Assembly (NCBI GenBank): GCA_029717555.1
Contig: JAMDHS010000007.1
Span: 124,001-188,000 of the forward strand
DNA: 64,000 nt
Reading direction: 5' to 3'
From: Peribolospora baueri
Lineage: Eukaryota
Shown: positions 63,677 through 64,000 of the stretch, piece by piece
Numbering within the stretch: the stretch's first letter is position 1
Layout of the letters: each line of letters begins with the position of its first letter
Translations under genes and position numbers: made by a program
The notes under the pieces: generated by a model
The model's input: the letters and a program-made list of their open reading frames with translations, nothing else
Told to the model about the DNA's origin: nothing
Databases searched by the model: none

Positions 63677-64000
63677 GCTGGCGCACATCTTCCTGCGCTC
63701 TTTCTCCATCGTGTACTGCTATACCGGGCAATCATTCATTCAGGCGTGTCTCGTGATCGTCGGACCACCCGCCCGCCTGAGACAGCGAGCTTGACGCGAC
63801 TTGAAACCGTAGAAGACGCTGCGCACCTATGCGACAGTCCCCACTTCCATTTTCTCCCCTTCTCTCGCTCCTTCCCACGGTTCTCGAGCATGGGGAAGAG
63901 AGGCAGCACTCTGCGCGCAGCACGAGATGATGGAAAGTGGCAGACACCTCGGTTGGGAGGCCACGGGGGAAGAGGAAGAACGCGGAGGGAGGCGGAGATG

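Overview
GC-rich, intron-dense eukaryotic DNA, inferred to be a basidiomycete fungus (probably Ustilaginomycotina, from gene content and GTGAGT/GTGCGT...CTGAC...YAG introns). I assembled 18 spliced protein-coding loci by hand: TRP1 (truncated at the window edge), UTP10, RPA49, a Sec2-domain protein, an F-box protein, a GH27 alpha-galactosidase, the PAK kinase CLA4, MICOS Mic26/27, a secreted six-hairpin-glycosidase-like protein, SIT4/PP6, NST1, RHO2, a small DAP1-like protein, a DH-PH-FYVE RhoGEF, a Cid1-family terminal nucleotidyltransferase, PAN3, a GSKIP-domain protein, and a frameshifted secreted-protein gene. Most entries in the ORF track are antisense or alternate-frame shadows. Top observations: (1) a box C/D guide RNA in UTP10 intron 1 whose D-box guide is complementary to U2 snRNA and predicts 2'-O-methylation of the A30-equivalent; (2) a three-exon gene for a death-associated protein 1 (DAP1/Dapl1)-like protein, a candidate fungal ribosome-dormancy factor that the ORF track shows only in part; (3) a Cid1 orthologue with Tyr in place of the UTP-selecting His, next to PAN3; (4) an RPA49 apparently missing its N-terminal dimerisation domain; (5) RHO2 switch regions encoded by 7-nt and 19-nt microexons. 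I found no tRNA, rRNA, CRISPR array or transposon. All family calls come from motif recognition by eye; no database search was run.
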